A stretch of 64,000 nucleotides of DNA, taken from the IMG/VR virus record IMGVR_UViG_3300022562_000354, positions 45,945 to 109,944 of that record, one strand, 5' to 3'. The notes below the pieces were generated by a model. It was given only the letters and a program-made list of their open reading frames with translations. It was not told the origin of the DNA and did not search any database. Below are positions 56,133 to 64,000 of this stretch, in pieces (the stretch's first letter is position 1; every line of letters starts with the position of its first letter). The stretch is from a virus. Position numbers and translations under genes: made by a program.

Positions 56133-59100
56133 CCACCGCCAAGCTGGTTGAGTTGAGCTTGCTTGTTCGCCAAGTCTCGCTGAGCCTCAGCGATCTGCCT
56201 CTGGAGATCCTCGGCGTTGTCCGTGTTGCCAACCGTGACGTTGCCGCCCGTGTTCTGACGTTGAACATCACCCAAGCGCTTGTTGAGCCGGGCGATCAGA
56301 CCCTTTAGGTTGGTGATTTCTTGCCCCAACTGAGCCTTCTGCGTGTTGTTCTTCAGGTTGTTGCCGAAGTCGGCAAAGGACTTCTTGAGGTCGTTGGCGG
56401 CTGAGTTGAACTGGTTGGCCGTCGCGATCGGGTCACCTAGACCGGAACGGTTGGAGGAGCCGAACGGAGGGGCGAAGGCCCCGTACTCTTGGTTCAAGAC
56501 CGCACCGCTCGTGAAGAGATCGGGGAGGGGTCTTGTGGAGCTGTCCGCTTCCGTCCCAGACGGGTTGCCTCGCAGCTTGTTCTCCAAGTCCTGATGGGGG
56601 CCATCGAGGGCCGAGTAGAGGTCGAAGAGGAAGCTGTCCACGGTGGATTTGATCTGTGCGAACTTGGTAGCCGGAACCGGCACCTTCAAATCCGGCGCCG
56701 TACCTCCTCGAATGACACCGCCACCCTGCGTGGCCGCATCGTTTCCGAACAGATTGTCAGGCACGGGTGACGAAGGGTTGATGTTCTTGAACTGGTACCC
56801 GACGTTGATGAACGCGAGGTCCGCACGACCCGTCTGGCAGTCGCACATATCGTCATCGGGGTACTGCTCGCCCTTCACACCCATCTCCGTGAGCGTCAAG
56901 GCTCTGGAGAGCTGTCCCGCTTCAACGCTTGCATCCACCCCGAGAGCGTCGGGAGAATTCAACGGCTTGGTGTCGACGAACTTCTCCTCCGTGGCTTTGA
57001 AGGAGGGTTCATCAGGCTTCCCAGGGCTAATCGTGGCCGCTGTCTGAAGATCGTCTGGGAGCATCCTGGCGAGGGCGTCGGCCGGGTTCGCATAGGCTGA
57101 CGTGACGGCGGTGAGCCCTTGGGACTGTGCGTTGAGCATGGCGAAAAGGTCGCCCGTCAAGGCCGTTTGAAAGTCGATCCCCTCACCACCCTTGAGTCTG
57201 GAGTTGCTCTTGCCAGACTCATCCAAGATGAGAGAACCATCTCGAAGGGCAACACCCCTGCCGTACCGGAAGTGCCCGATGACCTCGAAACCTCGTTCGT
57301 CAGAGACGGGCCGAATCATAGCCGTACTCTTTGGTAGATCGGACTTCTCTGACCCTTCCCCCGTAGTCGTGATGTTCTTACCGGGGACCAGAGCGAACTG
57401 CGTGATGGCTTCGCTCGTGTCGTGAGCGTAAATGTAGACACCTGCGGAAGTAAGGCCGTATTGGTAACGGTTCTCACTGTGCTTGGTCGACCACTTCTGC
57501 ACATTGGCGTCGACCAGCCGCTCCTCTTCTTCCTTGCTGGCTTTTTCCCGAGCCGCATCGGTCTTAGCTGCGTTCTTTTTCTTGGTGGCTGGGTTGGAGC
57601 CCTTCTTCTGACCTGTCGCCCCGGAGTGTATTTTCTCCATAAGTTTCGAGTCAATAGGGCGGGTGTAGACCATCACCACGTTCGGGTAACCAACGATCTT
57701 CCCGGTCTTCGGGTGACGCAAAACCAACGGCTCGTAAGGTTCCGTGCTCTTGAGGACCCCCTCCTCGTAGTCAATAGGAGGCGTGGTGGCCGCCCCTCCA
57801 AGCTCCAGAGTGAAGGTTTTTCGGGCGAGCTGCTTTACGGTAGGCTTCGTGTCTTTTTTCGCATCCGCCTTCTTGGGTTCAGGCTTGGCGGGGGACGTCC
57901 CCTTGACTCCTTTGGGGTCGCTAGCGAACTCCTTGACCAACGTTTCAATGGTTTTGTTGATCTTGCTCGCCCGGTCGTCACCCGTCATCTTCAGGGCACC
58001 AATACCCTTCGGGGCGATGAACTTGGAACGTCGAGCCGTGAGAGACAACGTCGTCGTCGCGCGACCACCGAAGGAGATGTTGTGGCTGATCCCTTTCAGG
58101 TACCAAATCTGGTCCTTGGGTGCGACGTAGACGGGGAACCCAAGGCGAAGCTCAGGGCGGAGTGGAACGGTGATCGACCCCGAATGCCTCCGCGAGTTGA
58201 GGCGGTCGAGGATGTCCATACCGTGGTAGAACATGATCTGCGGATCACTCATCCACTCCGAGTTGTAGGACTGAGGGCGCCAACCGTACTTGCGGAGCAA
58301 GTGGTAGTCCGTAACCGACGTGGTAGGCGTACACTCCTCCCCAACTCCGTAGTCGATGTTGCCCCCGAACCCACCTTGAATCGTCATCTGCGTGACGACT
58401 TCCGCCTCGGACTCCGAGAAGTTCCAGTCGATGATGTCGATGTCCTGCACCCAAGAAACGGGCTTGTTGGCAAAAATGTCGAGGTTGTAGAAGGGTGGCT
58501 TGAAAACGATGTCCCCCGTCACATCCATGAAAAACTCGAAACCTAGAGCCTCTTTGCAGGTGTTCGCGATCTCCAACTTGGTTTGGTACTCGGCCTGCCA
58601 GAAGTTCACCTGACCCGCTTGGGTGAGCTGCGTTCGGAACGCCGTGACCCCAGGATCCGTTGGGTCAAAGATGAACTGGGTGGCGTCATCACCGCCATTT
58701 GCAACACGGATAGCCGTAGAGGCTACCAGCGGCTTGCCTTTGGTACGCTTACCCTTCTCGTATGCAGAAGCCAGCGAGTCACCTCGGACCCCGACCCCGT
58801 TGGCACCGTAAAGGAGTAGGCTGGAGCGGATTCGAGAGAACCGGCTCTGCCAGTACCCCATGATGTCGGTCATGACCGCATTGAAGGTTTTGGTTTGCGT
58901 GTTCTCCTTACGCAGAGTGACAAGGGAGCCCGTGCCGACGATGATGTCCCCGAAGGACATCTGAGCCAGCGTCATGATCGTGTCGTAGGGATTGGTCCCG
59001 AAAAACACGTTGCCGCAAATGTTACGACCGGCTTGACCAGACGGAGCGGTGAACGCCGGGTTGACGTTCATACGACAGATTTCCCACCACTTGAGGATGT

Positions 59101-59512
59101 CCGCACAGTTGATCGTGACCGTATGCTCCCCGCTGGAGTAGTTGTCGGTCACCTCTGTCGTGAGACCCCAGAAGATCGGGTAGTATTGAGGCAGCCCGTT
59201 GATGAGGTAGTAGCCCTTCGCGAAGATTTCGATCTCCATCATCGGGGAGATCATCGGCACCCCGTCGAAGTAGAAGTCTTCGATGGCGTGCCGAGGCACA
59301 GTCATGGTGATGTTGGCCGAGCCGGGCACGCTGTCCACACTCAGGTCGACCTGGATTTGAGTGATCCACTGAGAGAAGTCGAACTTCTTCTTGCAGCTCG
59401 GGCACCCGATGATATCCGCCTCGCCGTTGATGTAGACGATCGCGTCCGGAGCCGTGACGACCGTAGGCCGAAAGTTGGGCTGGTAAGTACCCTGGTAAGG
59501 TCCGCGAGCCAT
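56129..59512 (-). CDS. Baseplate hub protein (T4 gp27 / Mu gp44-like) with long C-terminal extension
   Basis: IFWG...V.D...TINCAD, FEFFMDVTGDIVFKPP, KYGWR, GSITVPLRPELRLG, ISHNISFGG..TTTLSL. Immediately upstream of the spike gene. Confidence 0.78.
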   Translation of the reverse strand: MARGPYQGTYQPNFRPTVVTAPDAIVYINGEADIIGCPSCKKKFDFSQWITQIQVDLSVDSVPGSANITMTVPRHAIEDFYFDGVPMISPMMEIEIFAKGYYLINGLPQYYPIFWGLTTEVTDNYSSGEHTVTINCADILKWWEICRMNVNPAFTAPSGQAGRNICGNVFFGTNPYDTIMTLAQMSFGDIIVGTGSLVTLRKENTQTKTFNAVMTDIMGYWQSRFSRIRSSLLLYGANGVGVRGDSLASAYEKGKRTKGKPLVASTAIRVANGGDDATQFIFDPTDPGVTAFRTQLTQAGQVNFWQAEYQTKLEIANTCKEALGFEFFMDVTGDIVFKPPFYNLDIFANKPVSWVQDIDIIDWNFSESEAEVVTQMTIQGGFGGNIDYGVGEECTPTTSVTDYHLLRKYGWRPQSYNSEWMSDPQIMFYHGMDILDRLNSRRHSGSITVPLRPELRLGFPVYVAPKDQIWYLKGISHNISFGGRATTTLSLTARRSKFIAPKGIGALKMTGDDRASKINKTIETLVKEFASDPKGVKGTSPAKPEPKKADAKKDTKPTVKQLARKTFTLELGGAATTPPIDYEEGVLKSTEPYEPLVLRHPKTGKIVGYPNVVMVYTRPIDSKLMEKIHSGATGQKKGSNPATKKKNAAKTDAAREKASKEEEERLVDANVQKWSTKHSENRYQYGLTSAGVYIYAHDTSEAITQFALVPGKNITTTGEGSEKSDLPKSTAMIRPVSDERGFEVIGHFRYGRGVALRDGSLILDESGKSNSRLKGGEGIDFQTALTGDLFAMLNAQSQGLTAVTSAYANPADALARMLPDDLQTAATISPGKPDEPSFKATEEKFVDTKPLNSPDALGVDASVEAGQLSRALTLTEMGVKGEQYPDDDMCDCQTGRADLAFINVGYQFKNINPSSPVPDNLFGNDAATQGGGVIRGGTAPDLKVPVPATKFAQIKSTVDSFLFDLYSALDGPHQDLENKLRGNPSGTEADSSTRPLPDLFTSGAVLNQEYGAFAPPFGSSNRSGLGDPIATANQFNSAANDLKKSFADFGNNLKNNTQKAQLGQEITNLKGLIARLNKRLGDVQRQNTGGNVTVGNTDNAEDLQRQIAEAQRDLANKQAQLNQLGGG

Positions 59513-59515
59513 TGG

Positions 59516-61465
59516 TTACCTCGGTAAGCCCAGCAAAGCATTCTCAGCATCGAACTGAGCGATTTGTTCGGCCGACAAGCCGGTCGTGTTAACCGGAGCT
59601 GCCACCGGCCCGCCGCCAATAGATGAAAGGTCACTTGGCAAGCCCGTCGAACCCCCTCCCGTAGTACCAATCGGAGGCTTAGACCAAGACCCGTTCTCCA
59701 GGTACTTGTCGGGACGGTCAAGAAGGAAGGATGCCCTAACCGTGAAGGAGAAGTTGTACTCCAGGGTGTAGGGCTTGTCGTCCGTCTCCGTGATGTTGAA
59801 ACTGTCAAACGAGCCAATGTAGAGAATGTCGTCGTAGTAGATGTACATGGACCCCACCATCGAGATCCGGTTCCAGTCCTTCCCACCTTCCCGCTTGCTG
59901 CCGATATGCAGGCTCGCGTTGTTTCGGTAGAGGAGCCACAGGGAGAGGAAGTTGTGGTAGGACGCCGAGAAGTTACGGGCGACACGGGTTAGGCCGGGAG
60001 CCTCCCCCGCAGCATCGGGACGGGGGTTGTTGGCGTCGATCGCAAAGAAGCCAGCGATCTTCCCCGAGGCTTCGATCTTGTCTTGGTTGTCGCCCCAGTG
60101 CTCGATGACAGGACCGTTACGAGTCCACCCGCCGTCCGAGATGATCTTCTCGCTACTGTTCTTGAAGCTGGCCGGATTGACCAGCATCCGAAGTGGCGGA
60201 GTGTTCTTCATCTCCTCCAGGCGACGAGCTGTCTCCTCTTGCTCCTGCCTCTGCGCCGCTAGGAGGTTGGTCTCGATGGCGTTGACCTTGTCCGCGTAGC
60301 CGTTGTCCTTGGTCTTTGAATCAGCTTCGCGTGAATCAGAGGCGCTCTTCGCCCCGTCATCCTGCCAATCCCCAGCGGAGGTCTCCGAGGTGATGCCGGC
60401 TTTCTGCTGAGCCTTCTCAAAGGCGGGGTCGTTGAGCCACCTTTGGTAGTGCTTCTGCATGGCCGCTGAGTATTTATCCGGGTTCGCCGTGTAGTAACCC
60501 TTTGCCCCCAAGGCCCTCGCGTACCCGTCCACGTCCCCGTTTTCAATATGCTGCCAAGCGTCAGCGTACCTCCCAGTTCTCTTGGAGTTGATGAACGACG
60601 CCATGGCCGTGTCGAGGTCGGGGTACGTGTTGAAGTAGCAAGCCGGGTTGTCCTTTGCTTTCCCTGGAGCGCAGATGATTGCGGTCTTGGGTGCGACAGC
60701 CTTCTGGTGTCCAGGGTTCGAGTCGAGGACCCAAAGCCCTGTATCAAGGTGCGACTGGACAGACCCAGGGGGAACCCCCTCCCAAACCCGGTCCAACGCT
60801 TGGTAGTTGAGCGAACTACCCTTACCATGCTTGACGTTGCCGAGGTTGTAACCCCAACAGCTATTCTCCCCACACTCCCCGGAGAACTGCGCGTAGAAGA
60901 TGCCCGCCTGTTCCTTGGTGGCGTTGGGTAGGATTTTGAGGAGGGCGGCGGCGAACTGAGCCTTGGATACCGGCGTTCGTTTGGTTTCTTGGAGCTGATT
61001 GTTACCCGGTACCTTGCCATCGCGGACGGGAACCAAAGCGCTACCCCCGTTTGTAGCTCGTGCTTCAGGGGCGTCGATACGGGGACCGGCGATGTTGGAA
61101 ACCGAGGCAGAACGGTCGAGCAGCTTCTTGGTCAGATGCGCCGCTGGAGGGATGAGCCCGACCACGAACATCTTGGCGTTGGGCTTGACCTGCGTGACCG
61201 GGATGAAGTCGTCGCTGATCGCGTCGTCAGAATGCGTGAAGTTGGAGTAGAAGGTGAGGACCGAGTAGACCTTGGGGCTGTAGTAGTCAGCCGCCGATTC
61301 AATCTGCTCTAGGACCCTCCCTTTGGACTCCGCAGGTCGAACCGCGTTCTGAGCGTTCGCCCCAGACCTGGAGGTAGCCGGGAAGCCATCGCCTGTTGGC
61401 TTCTTCTGGTTATCCGGGTGGTAGGAGTCGATGACCTCCCCGAGACTCTTGAAAAAGTCGGCCAT
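59516..61465 (-). CDS. GH73 (glucosaminidase/FlgJ-like) peptidoglycan hydrolase fused to a tube-initiator-like domain
   Basis: AQFSGECG...NLGNVK...FNTY...RY...ALGAKGYYTANPDKY. The C-terminal domain aligns with 61469..62275. Confidence 0.75.
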   Translation of the reverse strand: MADFFKSLGEVIDSYHPDNQKKPTGDGFPATSRSGANAQNAVRPAESKGRVLEQIESAADYYSPKVYSVLTFYSNFTHSDDAISDDFIPVTQVKPNAKMFVVGLIPPAAHLTKKLLDRSASVSNIAGPRIDAPEARATNGGSALVPVRDGKVPGNNQLQETKRTPVSKAQFAAALLKILPNATKEQAGIFYAQFSGECGENSCWGYNLGNVKHGKGSSLNYQALDRVWEGVPPGSVQSHLDTGLWVLDSNPGHQKAVAPKTAIICAPGKAKDNPACYFNTYPDLDTAMASFINSKRTGRYADAWQHIENGDVDGYARALGAKGYYTANPDKYSAAMQKHYQRWLNDPAFEKAQQKAGITSETSAGDWQDDGAKSASDSREADSKTKDNGYADKVNAIETNLLAAQRQEQEETARRLEEMKNTPPLRMLVNPASFKNSSEKIISDGGWTRNGPVIEHWGDNQDKIEASGKIAGFFAIDANNPRPDAAGEAPGLTRVARNFSASYHNFLSLWLLYRNNASLHIGSKREGGKDWNRISMVGSMYIYYDDILYIGSFDSFNITETDDKPYTLEYNFSFTVRASFLLDRPDKYLENGSWSKPPIGTTGGGSTGLPSDLSSIGGGPVAAPVNTTGLSAEQIAQFDAENALLGLPR

Positions 61466-61468
61466 GTC

Positions 61469-62275
61469 TTACCTCTTGGTAGGCAGGGGGGGTGGGGGGC
61501 TAAACAAGTTGTCGTTGAACTGGTCTCCAGTTAGCCCGGTTGGGGTATTGGCTGAAAAGTCAGGGGCTTGGTTCTGTGCGGACTCGGCGAGCTTGTCGTT
61601 GGCCTCCGTTGACGCAGCCCCAGCCTCGGGTTTCGTCGCGATGAGGTTCCTCGCTTGAAATTCTGCCGTACGTCTTGGGTAGATGTCTGCGTTCACGGGG
61701 ATCTTGAAGATCGTTTTCTCCACCTTGAAGGTCCACGACAGCTTGAAGGCGAAAGGGCTCTCTTCGGTTTCCTCAACGGAGAAGCTCCGAAAGTACCCAA
61801 GGTACGTCCCACGGTCGTACATGAGCATCACATGCCCTTGGAGCACGATAGCCCCCGTGGGGTCATAGACGCTCCCGTTGTTGCGATACAGGTCGTAGAG
61901 GTCCCTGTACCTATCCCAAGCGATCGTATGGTGCCGGATGACCGAGGAGAGCCCCCACCTCAAGTTGACGAAAGCGCCCGTGGATTGGTCGACAGAGATT
62001 TCACCGAGGTCGTCCCCCCAGTGCTGCTCCACGAAGCCACCTCGCGTCTGGAACCTCTCCACCTTTTTGTTGAAAGTCTCGGCGAAACTAGACGGGTTCA
62101 CATGCGCAATAAGCGCATGAGGTAGGAGGGCGCGAACCTCGTCGTAGGGGCTCGTGATTTGGAACGCAAGAGGTATGAAACCCTCTCGTTTCTCAGCCCC
62201 GTGACGGTAGGTAGCTTGACCCGGCGATTCGAGCGGATCGAACCTCGATGGGTTGGCCGAGCGGATGTACGGCAT
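61469..62275 (-). CDS. Tail tube initiator / baseplate gp48-gp54-like protein
   Basis: Follows the tape-measure gene. VNPSSF...TRGGFVEQHWGD...YLGYFRSFSVEETEESPF..KLSWTFKV. Confidence 0.68.
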   Translation of the reverse strand: MPYIRSANPSRFDPLESPGQATYRHGAEKREGFIPLAFQITSPYDEVRALLPHALIAHVNPSSFAETFNKKVERFQTRGGFVEQHWGDDLGEISVDQSTGAFVNLRWGLSSVIRHHTIAWDRYRDLYDLYRNNGSVYDPTGAIVLQGHVMLMYDRGTYLGYFRSFSVEETEESPFAFKLSWTFKVEKTIFKIPVNADIYPRRTAEFQARNLIATKPEAGAASTEANDKLAESAQNQAPDFSANTPTGLTGDQFNDNLFSPPPPLPTKR

Positions 62276-64000
62276 TAGGTGAACTTCTCCCTACGTTTGT
62301 ACTCGTAGATCGCCTCGGCCACCTTGACCTTGAGGTAGTTGGCGAGGTCTTGCCCTCCGATTCCGTTGACGTTGACCTGGACGTTTCCTCCCCCTCCGCC
62401 AGCACCAGCCCCAGCGGGGAGGATGCGTTCTCCCTTCCCGATTGAGGCCAACCCCTCCCCCATGGGGATCTTCTGAACTTGGGCGATACCCCCACTAACC
62501 GAGGTAACAACACCACCCTCGGCATTAGGCTTCAGGAAGTCGGCGTTCTTGACATCGTCCTTGAAAGCCGTAGCCATCTGCCCCACTTCTGCGAAGCCCG
62601 ACTTCTGCATCCGTTCGATCAACTTAGCCGGGTCATTGGACGAGTACATGGCGTACTCGAAGAGCCCCTTACGGATGGCAGCGAGCGACCCCTCTTCGAT
62701 CGCCTTCTTGAAGTGCTGCTCGATCGTCATGCTCTTGTCGATCTTGATCCCCTTGACCCGCATAGCGTTCCACAGGTCTTGGAGACTCTTGACCGTGTAG
62801 GCCGAGCCGTCTTCGATGGCGGCCTTCTGCTCCTCGATCGCCTTCGCGGGATCCGGGGCGGCGAGAGCTTGTAGCTGGGCCTTCGCCGCCTCCGCTTGTG
62901 CCGCTGGAGCTACTGGAGCTGCGGGCGGGGGTGCTGCGGCGGCGGGCGCTTTAGGTGGAGGCGCTGCGGCTTGAGGTGGAGCCGCTGCGGCTGGACCGGG
63001 AGCTGGAGTGCCGGGAGCTGGAGTGCCGGGAGCTGGAGTGCCGGGTGGGGCCGCCTGACCGGGTGTCGCGCCCGGAGCGGCAGGCCCTCCGACCTCTTTC
63101 TGGTAAGCGGCTGTCGCCTTCAACATTTGCTCAGGGCTGAGTGTCAGCCTGAGCTTGTCGAGGATCTTGGCCTGCTCATCCATCGAGAAACCAGCCTGCG
63201 ACAAGGTGGTTTCAAGACCATCCCCTCGTTCGATGCTGGCAAAAGCCTTAGACAATTTGGCGTAATCGATCTTCCCATCGAACGCCATGGACATGCCTTG
63301 TTGAAGGCGATCCTTTTTTGTCTCTTTCGAGGAGTGAACCCACGAGTCAGCTCCACCAAGGTTGGCCTCTAGGGCGCCGACCGCCGCACGGTACTTCGCG
63401 ATTGCTTTCGCGGCGTCAGCGTCAGCTTTCGCTTTCTCAGCGGTGGTTTTCTTGTACTCCTCCGCGAGTTTAGCCTCATCCTCGCGGGACATAGTGCTGC
63501 TAGCGGTCTTGAGTTTCTCCCCCTGCTCAACCCACTTCTTCTCCACTTCCTTTTGCTTTTTAGTGGCGTCCTCTCGCTCTTTTGCACCGGAATAGAAAGT
63601 CTCCCCCATGTCCTTGGCGCCCGAGGTGTAAAACATCTTGTGGCGAACATCATCGGCCGACGTAGCGTTGGCCGTCAGGTCGATCAGCTCCTTGTTCTTG
63701 GTCTTGGCGGCCATGACTTGGAGCTTGCGGACGTCTCTTTCATCGGTGCTGCCGATACCGAACTTGGCAACGATGTCCTCGACGGCTTCCCAAACGCCTA
63801 CCAGGACCTTGTAAAGCCAGTTGAACAGAGCGTCGATGAGGATGTCCATCTTGGCAAGCATGTCCTGTGATAGCTTGCCAGACTCGTAAGCAGCCTTGAG
63901 CTGCTCCTCAGCCTTCTTGGCCGCATCCTCCCTGGACTCGTCCATCGACTTGTAAATCTGAGTGGACCCGGCCGCATCCACTTTGGCGGCATCCGTAAGG
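62275..64000 (-). CDS. Tape measure protein, C-terminal part; begins beyond the window end
   Basis: The frame stays open to 64000. Ala/Lys/Glu-rich and helical, ending AEGGVV...GERILP...VNVNG as is typical for TMPs. Upstream of the hub and spike genes. Confidence 0.75.
   Translation of the reverse strand, partial: LTDAAKVDAAGSTQIYKSMDESREDAAKKAEEQLKAAYESGKLSQDMLAKMDILIDALFNWLYKVLVGVWEAVEDIVAKFGIGSTDERDVRKLQVMAAKTKNKELIDLTANATSADDVRHKMFYTSGAKDMGETFYSGAKEREDATKKQKEVEKKWVEQGEKLKTASSTMSREDEAKLAEEYKKTTAEKAKADADAAKAIAKYRAAVGALEANLGGADSWVHSSKETKKDRLQQGMSMAFDGKIDYAKLSKAFASIERGDGLETTLSQAGFSMDEQAKILDKLRLTLSPEQMLKATAAYQKEVGGPAAPGATPGQAAPPGTPAPGTPAPGTPAPGPAAAAPPQAAAPPPKAPAAAAPPPAAPVAPAAQAEAAKAQLQALAAPDPAKAIEEQKAAIEDGSAYTVKSLQDLWNAMRVKGIKIDKSMTIEQHFKKAIEEGSLAAIRKGLFEYAMYSSNDPAKLIERMQKSGFAEVGQMATAFKDDVKNADFLKPNAEGGVVTSVSGGIAQVQKIPMGEGLASIGKGERILPAGAGAGGGGGNVQVNVNGIGGQDLANYLKVKVAEAIYEYKRREKFT
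62996..63045 (+). repeat. Perfect 15-bp tandem repeat (CCGGGAGCTGGAGTG x3.3) encoding PGTPA repeats in the TMP
   Basis: Directly visible. Lies within a Pro/Ala-rich linker. Confidence 0.9.

Noticed and set aside
29-63870. Numerous long plus-strand ORFs (e.g. 2364..3461, 6707..8278, 19333..20643, 25212..26816, 37868..39076)
   Set aside because: They lie wholly antisense to coherent minus-strand genes and have V/R/G/D-biased shadow composition with no recognisable motifs. This is expected in high-GC coding DNA.
5825-64000. Interpretation as an extracellular contractile injection system, tailocin or T6SS
   Set aside because: The tail module is contiguous and co-oriented with DnaB-like, DnaC-like and SNF2 genes and an HNH remnant, and no host housekeeping genes are present. 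A phage fits better, although capsid genes are not in this window.
1-64000. CRISPR arrays, tRNA/rRNA genes, strong intrinsic terminators, stop-codon reassignment
   Set aside because: Intergenic gaps are all short with no spaced repeats or clear hairpin-plus-U tracts, and the genes are long and intact under the standard code.

Overview
This window reads as a segment of a large, GC-rich myovirus-type (probably jumbo) phage genome. About 33 genes are packed on the minus strand, many of them translationally coupled. In transcription order (window end to start) it holds: the C-terminal part of a tape-measure protein; two paralogous tube-initiator-like proteins, one fused to a GH73 peptidoglycan hydrolase; a baseplate hub; a gp5/VgrG-like spike; an HNH endonuclease remnant; baseplate wedge genes (gp25-like, J/gp6-like, I-like); about 32 kb of fibre and receptor-binding genes; a holin / inner-membrane protein / outer-membrane beta-barrel cassette; and the start of a replication module (SNF2 helicase, degenerate DnaC-like protein, DnaB-like helicase running off the left edge). 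The fibre region includes a tandem paralog array and giant proteins whose domains appear nested inside one another. Two different upstream motifs separate structural genes from replication genes. No capsid, sheath, tube, tRNA, rRNA or CRISPR feature is visible. The long plus-strand ORFs look like antisense shadows. All protein calls come from motif recognition by eye plus synteny; no searches were run.
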